From the NCBI RefSeq assembly GCF_006345805.1, contig NC_043004.1:87978001-88042000 (forward strand): 64,000 nt of DNA, in the 5' to 3' direction. Shown piece after piece: positions 28,101 through 41,810 of the stretch (its first letter is position 1; every line of letters begins with the position of its first letter). The notes beneath the pieces are model-generated. The model had not been told where the DNA came from. It saw nothing but the letters and a program-made list of their open reading frames with translations, and made no database searches. The DNA is from Octopus sinensis (lineage: Eukaryota). The translations under genes were made by a program, and so were the position numbers.

Positions 28101-28730
28101 ATGGCTTCTGAAATACCAGGCAGTGGCTCTCATGGCTTCTGAAATACCAGGCAGTGGCTCTCATAGCTTCTGAAATTTCAGGCCGTGGCTCTCATAGCTT
28201 TTGAAATACCAGGCAGTGGCTCACATGATTTCTGAAATACCAGGCAGTGGCTCTCATGGCTTCTGAAATACCAGGCAGTGGCTCACATGGCTTCTGAAAT
28301 ACCAGGCAGTGGCTCACATGGCTTCTGAAATACCAGGCAGTGGCTCACATGGCTTCTGAAATACCAGGCAGTGGCTCACATGGCTTCTGAAATATCAGGC
28401 AGTGGCTCTCATGGCTTCTGAAATACCAGGCAGTGGCTCACATAGCTTCTGAAATACCAGGCAGTGGCTCGCATGGCTTCTGAAATACCAGGCAGTGGCT
28501 CACATGGCTTCTGAAATATCAGGCAGTGGCTCTCATGGCTTCTGAAATACCAGGCAGTGGCTCACATAGCTTCTGAAATACCAGGCAGTGGCTCGCATGG
28601 CTTCTGAAATACCAGGCAGTGGCTCACATGGCTTCTGAAATACCAGGCAGTGGCTCTCATGGCTTCTGAAATACCAGGCAGTGGCTCTGATAGCTTTTGA
28701 AATACTAGGCAGTGGCTTTCATGGCTTCTG
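19181..28730 (+). repeat. 31-bp tandem satellite, array 2 (about 308 units), same orientation as array 1
   Basis: Same monomer as array 1, with recurring multi-unit variant blocks. Confidence 0.99.
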
Positions 28731-29258
28731 TTCTTAACTAATTGGAATAGTTATCATGTACATTGTTTTGTCTTGGTATAAAAGATGGGCTACAGCAAAT
28801 ATTCTGCTCAATACCATAGGTTTGCTTGTCAGTTGCTTGACCCTAACCAGTTGAGCATATCCCTGACTGGCTGACAATATGTGCATCTCTGATCGCGAGC
28901 AGGAGTAGTGGGGGAGCATCATAGCCATGTGCTGAGAGGAATTCTTTGGAGTTTGTATATTTCGCCCCTGGAAACATAAGTGTTTTGTTCATCGTCCTTA
29001 AAAAACCTTATTCAGGGATATTTAAATAGGATGGGCTAGTCGGCCTGAAGAAAATTCTAACTGGCCCCCATCTGCAAGATCATGCGCTTTTTATCTTGAT
29101 ATGAGATCACCACATCGTGTACATATGATTGTGAATCTTGTGCCTGGTGTACCCATATCAGACGGGTAATCATGATGGGTATATTGGGCTTCGTATATTA
29201 GTACTCCAGTGTCACTTTGATGACATGCATTGTTTTGTCACTCAATCATAAGAATAAT
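28731..29258 (+). mobile_element. Dispersed repeat ending in a degenerate (AAT)n tail, probably a retroposed LINE 3' UTR or SINE-like element
   Basis: Its 3' 290 bp match 30745-31030 (roughly 85% by eye) and the inverted copy at 18968-19180; those copies end in ctcaataataataat. Confidence 0.7.
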
Positions 29259-30044
29259 TTCTTATTTTGGGCCCATGTCCAGTAATTTCTACGGGATGGG
29301 TTAAGTCTATTTCATCAGCTTAAATATTTATAGTATTTGGCTGGACCTTCATCTCATCGACTCCAAAGAGATAAAAGGCATAGCTGACCTCGGCAGGATC
29401 TGAACTCAAAACCTCCCTATACTAGTTTTATCGATACCGAAGAAAAAAAAATGCAAGTCGTTCGCTGTTGGATTTCATTACCGAATATAAAGAGACGCTC
29501 CATCATATTCACGATATGTAAACTAAAAGGCGCTAAATTTAATAATTGCTTTTAGCTGTGAGATAGGGTCACAAATATTCCTGAGAGATTAGTCAAATAT
29601 CTCTCTCCTAGAAAGACCTAGTTTGAACCAGCGGGATTTGATCTCACAAGGAAAATGGTGTAAGGGATTTTGTCGAATGCTCGACCGTTTTTGCCAGTCT
29701 ATCACGTAGTCTTCGTTGAAATATTAAATAAAAACGAAGGAAATATATTCTTTCGTTGTATAATACCAAAAATGTTGCGTTAACGATATAATAAAGGGAG
29801 GCAACTCCTGAAATAAAAATGTTACGGGGAAACGAAGACTCATTAAAGCGAGACAAGCGAGATAACTCTAAAGATGTTGTGTACATGCATGTGTACACAT
29901 ATACATACACACACTCACACGCAAACACACATACACACATTTCACACAGACACACATGTATGTATGTATATGTATATATGAATGCATATATGTATATTCG
30001 TATATATGTGGGCGTGTATGTATACATGAATGTATATACGTATA

Positions 30045-30221
30045 TATCTTTTACTTGTTTCAGTCATTGGACTTCGTTCATCCTGGGGCACCGCATTGAA
30101 AGGTTAAGTCGAAGGAGTGAAGTCCAGTCTAGTACTAATTTGGTGGGATTCTTTTGCCGGGCGTAAACAAACCAACACCAGTCGTCAAGTGGTGGAAGGA
30201 CTGCACACACACACACACACA

Positions 30222-30286
<65 letters not shown>

Positions 30287-30512
30287 GACACACATACAGA
30301 CACACCCCAAACACACACACACACACGCACGCACACATACTGTCTGTCTGTCTGTCTCTCTCTCTCACACACATACTTTCTCATACACACTCCCCCACAC
30401 AAATAAACACACACACACACACATACACACACGCATACATTCACTCACATATTGACTTCCATGGAGTTTCCGTCTACCAAATCCACTCACGAGGCATTAG
30501 TTACCCTGGATC
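30045..30512 (-). mobile_element. SINE family B, degenerate, with internal (CA)n
   Basis: ttttacttgtttcagtcattgg...cgtaaacaaaccaacacc...(CA)n...gtttccgtctaccaaatccactcac. Confidence 0.7.
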
Positions 30513-30514
30513 TA

Positions 30515-30744
30515 TACGACGGTGGGATGAAATGTTCGGAGGTTGACTATCAAGGAGAGATGCTAGAGCTGTAAAACCTTGCATGCATTAATTTCCAGCC
30601 TCCTTATCTGAATTATTTCTTTCTAGATAGACTGACATCTAACAGTTCAAAGAAGACTAGTAGCGACTTTTCTTGAAGATCTACAAAATTGGGCATCGTG
30701 CAGTTATCAAATACCTGCAGAAAAACGATTTAGCCCGTAAAGAA
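30515..30744 (+). mobile_element. Mariner-like transposon 5' end fragment
   Basis: TA followed by a TIR-like tacgacggtgggatgaaatgttc. 30685-30744 translates as KIGHRAVIKYLQKNDLARKE, resembling mariner transposase N-termini (xRAVIKF/Y). Truncated by the repeat at 30745. Confidence 0.6.
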
Positions 30745-30817
30745 ACATGAGTGTTTTGTTCATCATCCTTGAAAAACCTTATTCAGGGACCGATTAAGCA
30801 GGATGGGCTACGCGGTC

Positions 30818-33550
<2,733 letters not shown>

Positions 33551-34315
33551 GAATTAAAGAATAAAGGACTACAACACTTGTAACATATTCCTTATGTCCA
33601 GTATGGCGCTTATATTTGTCAGTATCGATTCTCATCAAACCTACTTGTCTTTTTTTTTGCACCATAAGTTCCTTATTCTTCAGTCTATCACCTCAGGAAG
33701 AAATCCAAAGAGAAAAATAACAACAACAACAATAATGGAAATGTCAAAATGACTAAGTTTTAGCATGTCAATATAAAGGTAGACACACATACGCACATGG
33801 ACACACACATACGCATGCGCGCAACACGGACACGCAGATACACACGCATGCACACACACACGCTCGCGTACGCAAACACGCGCAACATAGGCACACGCTT
33901 GCAAACACACTCTCACACTGAAGACATACACTCACTCATACACACATACTCACAAACATACAAAAGGGCGCTCGCGCACACACATAGACTCACACAAGCG
34001 CTACCACACACAGACACAAACACACACGCACAGTCACTCACGCATGCACTCATACACAAACCGACACACATACAGACACTCACACACAACACACATACAT
34101 GCACTCACACGCACTTACACAAAGACAAACACTTACATACATACACCCACACACAACACACACACTCATGCAAACACGCAACACACAACACACAACACAC
34201 ACGTACGGTATACCTTTATCTTTCTCTTTCACACTATTTCATTTGTCACAAATTTCCTGTTATTTATTGATATTATTTTTCGTGCTGTTGATGTGCTTCA
34301 ATATTTAATCTTTGA

Positions 34316-35445
34316 AAGGCGGCGAACTGGCAGAAACGTTAGCGTAGCCGTATTTCGTCTGCCGTTACGTTCAGAATTCAAATTCCGCCGAGGTCGACTT
34401 TGCCTTTCATCCTTTCGGGGTTGATTAAATAAGTACTAGTTGCGTACTGAGGTAGATCTAATCGACTAGCCCACTACCCTAAAATTTCGGGTCTTGTGCC
34501 TAAAGTAGAAAAGAATATTTAATTTTTGAAAGGCGGCGAACTGGCAGAAACGTTAGCATGCCGGGCGAAATGCGTTAGCCGTATTTCGTCTGTCGTTACG
34601 TTGTGAGTTCAAATTCTGCCGAGGCCGACTTTGCCTTTCATCCTTTCGGGGTCGATTAAATAAGTAGCAGTTACGCACTGGGGTCGATGTAATCGACTTA
34701 ATCCATTTGTCCCCTGTGTGCTTAGCCCCTTGTGGGTAGTAAAGAAATAGGTATTTCGTCTGCCGCTACGTTCTGAGTTCAAATTCCGCCGAGGTCGACT
34801 TTGCCTTTCATCCTTTCGCACTGGAGTCGATGTAATCGACGTAATCCCTTTGCCTGTCCTTGTTTGTCCTCTCTAAGTTTAGCCCCCTGTGGGAAATAAA
34901 GAAATAAATATTTAATTTTTAAAAGGCTTTGAGCTGGCAGAAACGTTAGCACGCCGGGCGAAATGCTTAGCCGTATTTCGTCTGCCGTTACGTTATGAGT
35001 TCAAATTCCGCCGAGGTCGACTTTGCCTTTCATCTTTTCGGAGTCAATAAATTAAGTACCAGTCACGCACTGGGGTTGATATAATCGACCTAATCCGTTT
35101 GTCTGTCCTTGTTTGTCCTCTCTGTGTTTAGCAAAGTCGACCTCGGCGGAATTTGAGCTCAGAACGTAGCGGCAGACGAAATACTGCCAAGCACTTCGCC
35201 CGGCGTGCTAGCGTTTCTTATTTCTTTATTGCCCACAAGGAGCTAAACATCGAGGGGACAAACAAGGACAGACAAAGGGATCAAGTCGATTATATCGACC
35301 CCAGTGCGTAACTGGTACTTAATTTATCGACCCCGAAAGGATGAAAGGCAAAGTCGACCTCGGCGGAATTTGAACTCCGAACGTAACGGCAGACGAAATA
35401 CTGCTAAGCCTTTCGCCCAGCGTGCTAACGTTTCTGCCCACTTGT
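34316..35445. mobile_element. Dense cluster of at least 7 SINE family A units in both orientations
   Basis: Plus-strand heads at about 34316, 34528 and 34920, tandem restart at 34751, minus-strand copies at about 35131-35217 and 35218-35445. Confidence 0.9.
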
Positions 35446-36107
35446 CACTCTAACAACAACCGTAAATGTAATAATCATTATAGTATTTATATCGTTTTAA
35501 TTCTGCATGAAATCTTTGGCAAGGATTTGTCTATGTATTAGTAACTTAATTAATTTTGAAACATTAGATAAGTAGTAGGAATTAGGTTTGCCCAAGGTCG
35601 AAATCTAATTATTGTTGCAGAATATAATCTTACACATCACCAGTGTGGATATTTGCGCTCATATTAACCTCTGGGATAATTTGCTTCGTTAAAGATATTA
35701 CAGTAGAAGTGATATGGTCATTAAACATGACTTCTGGGAATGTAAGGTGGCTTTTAAGCCAGTACTTACACGGTTAAGTCCTCTATTTCATATGCACACG
35801 GTCTCCGGCGGTTTCAGATACGTAGCAGAAAATTTGTTTATTTTCCTTCGTCTCTAATCTGTTTGTATTTCTACAGCTTATTTCTCAGTCCATTCTATCT
35901 ACGCCATTCTACGTTTCGCAAATACAATCACAAAATGGAACACCCTACCCCCAACTTTTTTTTATATATTGCTATGTTTCCTTGGTGAGGTAGTTATGAG
36001 TTTTTTTCTCTTGATAATTTTATCTTTTATACATTTTTTTCCTTTTCTCCTTGTATTGTAACTCCGTGTACAAACTCTTTTAAACACAAATAACATTGAT
36101 AATAAGC

Positions 36108-36262
36108 GCGGGCGTGGCTGTGCGATAAGAAGCTTGCTTCTCAACTACATGGCTTTGGGTTCAGTTTCACTGCGTCACACCATGAGTGTTTTCGACTACA
36201 GCCTTGGGTCGACCATAACATTGTGAGTGGATTTGATAGATGGAAACTGAAAGAAGCCCGTC

Positions 36263-36265
<3 letters not shown>
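36108..36265 (+). mobile_element. SINE family B head
   Basis: gcgtggctgtgcgataagaagcttgc...gaaactgaaagaagcccgtcg then (TA)n. Confidence 0.8.
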
Positions 36266-36297
<32 letters not shown>

Positions 36298-36580
36298 TCG
36301 TTAGCCACTACACATTCTTTATTTTCTCTCCTTGTTTCTTTCAGTGTTCCTTTCTGTGGAAGAGCGTAGGCTTGAAACGTTAAAAACCTTTTCACTTCCC
36401 GAGCGTTATACTAATACATATGTTTGTTGTCTACACCACCTGTCTTCTTCTTTTGTTTTTTTTTTGTGAATTCTCCCTATATATATATATATATGTAGGT
36501 CCCGGGTTGATTCGGGGTTAACCACAGTAAATAAGGTACTCAATACATAGCAGAGTAAAATTAATTTATTATATAGAAGG

Positions 36581-36631
36581 AGCTTCTACAGGACTAGAAC
36601 TGTTTCATTCAAGAGAAATCTTCAGGAAGCT
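36581..36631 (-). ncRNA. Hammerhead-like motif, degenerate
   Basis: Minus strand reads agcttc-CTGAAGA-TTTCTCTTGAAT-GAAA-CAGTTCTAG-TC-ctgta-gaagct: canonical core and GUC triplet, imperfect stems. Confidence 0.4.
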
Positions 36632-36769
36632 AGTTAACAAGAATTGTATTGGCATTTATACATTTAGGCAGGTTTAAAGGGGTGTTGGTGGGGGACTTTT
36701 TGGGGGTAGGCATAGCGCAAAAAATCATACTTGGGGGAGTGGTCAAGGAGTCAGTGTTAAATAGATAGG

Positions 36770-36945
36770 AGAATAAATAAAAAAAAAAAAAATAAAAAAT
36801 AAAAAATAAAAAATAAAAAATAAAAAATAAAAAAAAAAAAAAAAAATAAAAAATAAAAAATAAAAAATAAAAAAATATAAAAAAATATAAATATAAAAAA
36901 ATATAAAAAAATAAAAAAAATATATATATATATATATATATGTAT
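36770..36945. repeat. (AAAAAT)n A-rich tract grading into (TA)n
   Basis: Directly visible. Confidence 0.95.
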
Positions 36946-37676
36946 AAAGGGGGGAATAGAGTTTTAGGTAAATAAGGAGATTCTCACTTATACCTCTACA
37001 CATACACACATATATACACTCACACATACATATACATATCTACACATACACATATATATGTATACATACACACACTCACTTGCATACACGTATACACACA
37101 TGTATATATACACACACGACCACACATACATATACACACAGAAAAATATATATATACACATACACACACATACTCACATACACGCATACACACACAAATC
37201 CATACACACACATGCACACACAGCACACTAGTCCCTATATACACATATATACACATACACACATATATATACACCCACACATACACATACATACACATAT
37301 ATATACATACATACACATACATACACATATATATACATACACATATATATATATATACACATATATATACATATGTGTACCCATGCATACCTACACATAC
37401 ACATATATATATACATATACAAATACAGACCCATTCCCTAATTTTAATTTTATTATCTTCGTTTATTACTTTTGTTATCTTGGCCGCTTGGTCACAAACA
37501 TCTTGGCTATGACAGCCAGACCATTTATCCGTCTACTGGAAAACAATTACTCATTCACTCACGCACACTCTTTAGCACGTACACTCACTCATTCGCACAC
37601 TCATACGCATACACGCACGCACGCGTTATATTCATACATACATACATCTACATACATTCACGTATATACACATACG

Positions 37677-37793
37677 TACGCGTACCTACAGATTCATGTC
37701 TACACTCTTAGAAGGCTAGTCTATACATATACACCAATAAATATAAATACACACACATACATGTACACCTACATACAATACATACATGTACAT

Positions 37794-37824
<31 letters not shown>

Positions 37825-37958
37825 TATATATACGCGTACCTACAGATTCATGTCTACACTCTTAGAAGGCTAGTCTATACATATACACCCATAAATATAA
37901 ATACACACACATACATGTACACCTACATACAATACATACATGTACACATATATATACA

Positions 37959-37960
<2 letters not shown>
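37677..37960 (+). repeat. Local tandem duplication, period about 154 bp
   Basis: tacgcgtacctacagattcatgtctacactcttagaaggctagtc... at 37677 and 37831. Confidence 0.9.
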
Positions 37961-38001
<41 letters not shown>

Positions 38002-38120
38002 ATACACATATACATATATATATTCATACTAACATGCATACTCAAAAAATAAGTAAATAGTAAATATATATACGCGCAGTTATTCATACATGCATATATA
38101 TATATATATATAATATATAT

Positions 38121-38157
<37 letters not shown>

Positions 38158-38194
38158 GCATATACATATACATATACATATATATATATGTATG

Positions 38195-38400
38195 TGTGTG
38201 TTTGTCCTTCACTACCGCTTGACAACTGGTCTTAGTGGTTCTACGTTTCCATAAACTAGCGGTTCAGCAAAACCGTCCGATAGAATTTGTACTAGGCATT
38301 AAAAAAATAAGTCATGGGGTTGATTCATTCGAGTAAAACCCATCAAGTAGGTGCTCCATCATGGCCGCAGTCACATAACTGAAACACGTTAATAAAACAT
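38195..38400 (+). mobile_element. SINE family B 3' half, degenerate
   Basis: cgcttgacaactgg...ggtgctccatcatggccgcagtcacataactgaaac. Confidence 0.7.
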
Positions 38401-38411
38401 AAAAGAAGATA

Positions 38412-38830
38412 CTCTCTCTGTGTCTCTGTGTCTCACCGTGACTCTGTGTGTCTGTGTGTCTCTCTGTATCTCTGTGTCTCTCTGTGTCTCTGTCTCTCTC
38501 TGTGACTCTGTGTCTCTGTGTCTCTGTGTCTCTCTGTGTCTCTGTGTCTCTCTGTATCTCTGTGTCTCTGTCTCTCTCTGTGGCTCTGTGTCTCTGTGTC
38601 TCTCTGTGTCTCTGTCTCTGTGACTCTGTGTCTCTGTGTCTCTCTGTGTCTCTGTCTCTCTCTGTGACTCTGTGTCTCTGTGACTCTGTGTCTCTCTGCG
38701 TCTCTGTGTCTCTCTTTGTCTCTCTGTGTCTCTGTCTCTCTCTGTGACTCTGTCTCTGTGTGTGTCTCTCTGTTTCTCTGTGTCTCTCTGTGTCTTTGTG
38801 TCTCTCTGTGTCTCTGTGTCTCTCTCTGTT
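38412..38830. repeat. Compound (TC)/(TG) microsatellite with tctctgtg-type subunits
   Basis: Directly visible. Confidence 0.95.
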
Positions 38831-39084
38831 TATCACACACGCGCACAGACACATATGCACACACGCATACTAGCAATGTAAAAGCTACGAAACATATACA
38901 GGCCTGTGTGCACACACATCCTGTATCTTTTACTAGTTTCAGTCATTAGACTGCGGCCATGCTGGGGCACCGCCTTCAGAATTTTTAGTCGAACGAATCT
39001 ACTCAAGCCTGCCACTTATTCTATCGAACAATTGATCTGCGTAAAAAGGTCAACAAGAAGAGTACTCCTTCCAATGAGAGTCTA

Positions 39085-39249
39085 ATATTAATGTATGCGT
39101 TTCATTCCACATGTATTACACGAGCTACTGATAGTTTCACGTACATGAGAAGTAGGTTCATCGGCCGCTCTGATGAACATACTTGCCATGTTTGTGAAAC
39201 TATTAGTAGCGCGTGTAATACATGTGGAGTGAGACGCATACATTAATAT
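39085..39249. repeat. Imperfect palindrome with a degenerate hammerhead-like motif on each arm
   Basis: atattaatgtatgcgtttcattccacatgtattacacg pairs with cgtgtaatacatgtggagtgagacgcatacattaatat. Plus-strand core: CTGATGA 39170-39176, GAAA 39196-39199, CTATTAG, TA. Confidence 0.7.
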
Positions 39250-39485
39250 ATGTATATATATTAATGTTGTGGAAGGACTGTCTCTGTCAACTTAGACTTA
39301 GTTTAAATTTATTGGCGGTCAACCCGATATCTATATCTATATCTATATCTATATATAATATCTATATCTATATATATATACCGGAGTAAACACATAAATG
39401 TGAAACAAGGTGGAAAAAAAGAGTACTCAAATACCAGTGGTAGAGTAATATGCTTTATTTAAAGCAGCAGAAAATTCAACAAAAT

Positions 39486-39523
39486 CTGTTACTCTGAGTT
39501 TCTCGTTGCCGTTCATCAGACAG
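39486..39523 (-). ncRNA. Minimal type I hammerhead ribozyme (mirror copy)
   Basis: Exact reverse complement of 39553-39590. Confidence 0.65.
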
Positions 39524-39552
39524 TTTTTGCTAGAAAAACTGTCTAGCAAAAA

Positions 39553-39590
39553 CTGTCTGATGAACGGCAACGAGAAACTCAGAGTAACAG
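39553..39590 (+). ncRNA. Minimal type I hammerhead ribozyme
   Basis: CUGU-CUGAUGA-ACG GCAA CGA-GAAA-CUC A GAG-UA-ACAG: intact core, stem I CUGU/ACAG, GNRA loop II, palindromic stem III with 1-nt loop, GUA triplet. A.A mismatch at the base of stem II. Confidence 0.7.
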
Positions 39591-39622
39591 ATTTTGTTGA
39601 ATTTTCTGCTGCTTTAAATAAA

Positions 39623-39662
<40 letters not shown>

Positions 39663-40019
39663 ATATATATATATATATAATATATATATATATATAATAT
39701 ATATATATATGTATATATATATATTATAGATCAATAAATGGTGGGGTTGTGTTGACCGCACGTGGAGAAATGATAAGTAAGGAAATTTTTTTAAAGCATT
39801 CTGCATTTAAAAAAAAATTTTTCCTTACTATATGTATATATATATGTATATATATATGTATGTTTATGTATGTATGTATGTATGTAAGTATATATATATA
39901 TATATATATATATCAGCGTTCAGCTTTTGCCGAACTTTACAAATGATTTGTTTATAGTGATTAAATGTTCGTGCCGCACATTAGTTCACTTCCTCCGTTA
40001 AACCGACGTTGTTTGAACA

Positions 40020-40176
40020 GGAACACAGTGTGCCACGCGTCATGTGTCGAAATGGTCGCAGAGCAACGTGAGATGAAGTGTTTTGCTCAAGAACACAACG
40101 CACCACCTGACTCAGGAATTGAAATTACGATCGCTGGATCATGAGTGCAACACTCTAACCACTAGGCCATACGCCT
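40020..40176 (-). mobile_element. tRNA-derived SINE family C head
   Basis: Reverse complement reads ggcgtatggcctagtggttagagtg...ttcaattcc...ttgtgttcttgagcaaaacacttcatctcacgttgc; related copy at 62395-62515. Confidence 0.7.
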
Positions 40177-40261
40177 TCATATGTGAAGCTCTACTTTTCC
40201 TGTTTGCATCACCAAACATATTGTGTTGACATCTAGAACTGTTTCTCAATCATTTCTTTTC

Positions 40262-40630
40262 CTAGGGACCCTTTTGATTCCTATTTCACTCTACCGGACC
40301 TTCATACCCATTCAATGTTTAAAAAACATCCTATTTTATTTTTATAATTAAATATTATTAGAAATTATTAAAAAAGTTGTTAAAACATTTTGTTCTGTTG
40401 AGTCTGGGGAGAGTCATTTTCATTTTGTGCCTTTTAATTTAACACACTCACCGGTAAAATTTCCACATATTTCATATTTTTATTTTCCTAAAATTTTCTT
40501 GAAACCTTTACAATAGTCTTGACTCTTTTTGTGCTTTGTAGAAATGTAACCGATATATTTCACATAAATTTTAACAACAAAATCATATATGGACCTTAAG
40601 GTTAATGTAGACCCCAGCTGAGAACCCCTG
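40262..40630. mobile_element. hAT-like non-autonomous element, partial
   Basis: Ends in ctgagaacccctg; internal similarity to 49130-49432. Confidence 0.55.
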
Positions 40631-40962
40631 ATGTACTGAATTAAAGATCTGAGTCTCATTGGCAGGGTATTAGTCTCGCAATATTTATTTCAACTCTTTG
40701 TGTTCTGAAAGCCAATCTAATCTTGATGAAAAAAAAGCAATAATGGGCGGTAGATGGGCAGAAATGTTAGAGGGTTTGGAAGTTGTATTGCTGTACTTGT
40801 TCCAACTATTTTCCGTTCTGACAGCAATACCTGCAATGATGCTGGGTGCCAAGCGGCATCGGCCCAAGTTCAGTGGACTTTCCCTTGGATTAAACATCAG
40901 TGGAGTGGAGAGGAAATACTTGTATGCATGGGTGTCTGTTAGCCTTCTTATATATATATATA

Positions 40963-41342
40963 TCTTGCTTACCAACCACATGGTTTCGGGTTCAGTCCCA
41001 CTGCGTGGCACCTTGGGCAAGTGTCTTCTACTATAGTCTCGGGCCGGCCAAAGCCTTGTGAATGGATTTGGTAGACGGAAACTGAAAGAAGCCCGTCGTA
41101 AATATATATATATATATATGTGTATTTGTGTGTATATGTTTGTGTGTGTATGTGTGTGTGTCCCCAACATCGCGTGACAACCGATGATGGTGTGCTTACG
41201 TCCCCGTAACTTAGCGGTTCGGCAAAAGTGACCGATAGAATAAGTACTAGGCTTATAAAAATAAGTCCTGGCGTCGATTTGTTCGACTAAAGGCGGTGCT
41301 CCAGCATGGCCGCAGTCAAAATGACTGAAACAAGTAAAAGAG
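40963..41342 (+). mobile_element. SINE family B, near full length
   Basis: cttgcttaccaaccacatggtttcgggttcagtcccactgcgtggcaccttgggcaagtgtc...(TA)/(TG)...gcggtgctccagcatggccgcagtcaaaatgactgaaacaagtaaaag. Confidence 0.92.
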
Positions 41343-41346
41343 TACA

Positions 41347-41380
<34 letters not shown>

Positions 41381-41473
41381 CAAACACACACACTCATATA
41401 TATACACACACACACAAATTTTGCTCAGTCTCGCGTATTCAACCACATGGTCAACATTAACAAAGAGAGGCCC

Positions 41474-41810
41474 TCAGATATGAAGCTCATTTGTTTGAGT
41501 CCTCTTATGACTCACAAGCAAAATTTGCCGGAAATCACCTGCATACACCTGTATTCCACCACGATGTCACTGCCTTTCCCTTTGTCTTTCAGTGTCTGAT
41601 CCGGTACATCAGGGATAAGTTTGCGGCCCATCGTATATTCGTCGCATATATTCAATTGACAATGCTGCAACCAGTTGCAGCCAGTTGCAGCCAAGGATGT
41701 TAGGTTTAATGGAAGCTTAAGCATGGAATACTCAGTTCTTCCACCTGCCAAGAGAGTTACGGCTATGCCAGGAAATGCATCAATAATCTTTTGACGTCTG
41801 AGTTTGTCTA
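41474..41810 (-). pseudogene. Degenerate Pif1-family (Helitron-type) helicase fragment
   Basis: KIIDAFPGIAVTLLAGGRTEYSMLKLPLNL...CQLNICDEYTM...DQTLKD, then after a frameshift AGDFRQILLV...TNELHI*. This matches the Helitron helicase pattern SSGIAATLLxGGRTAHSxFKLPL / WDECTM / GDFRQ. Confidence 0.8.

Larger units (their letters stand above)
39453..39623. repeat. Perfect inverted repeat: 81-bp arms, 9-bp spacer
   Basis: 39453-39533 is the exact reverse complement of 39543-39623; spacer aaaaactgt. Confidence 0.97.

Noticed and set aside
40685-41446. 253-aa minus-strand ORF and 112-aa plus-strand ORF
   Set aside because: Mostly SINE B plus microsatellite; the remaining part has no recognisable domain or convincing splice pair.
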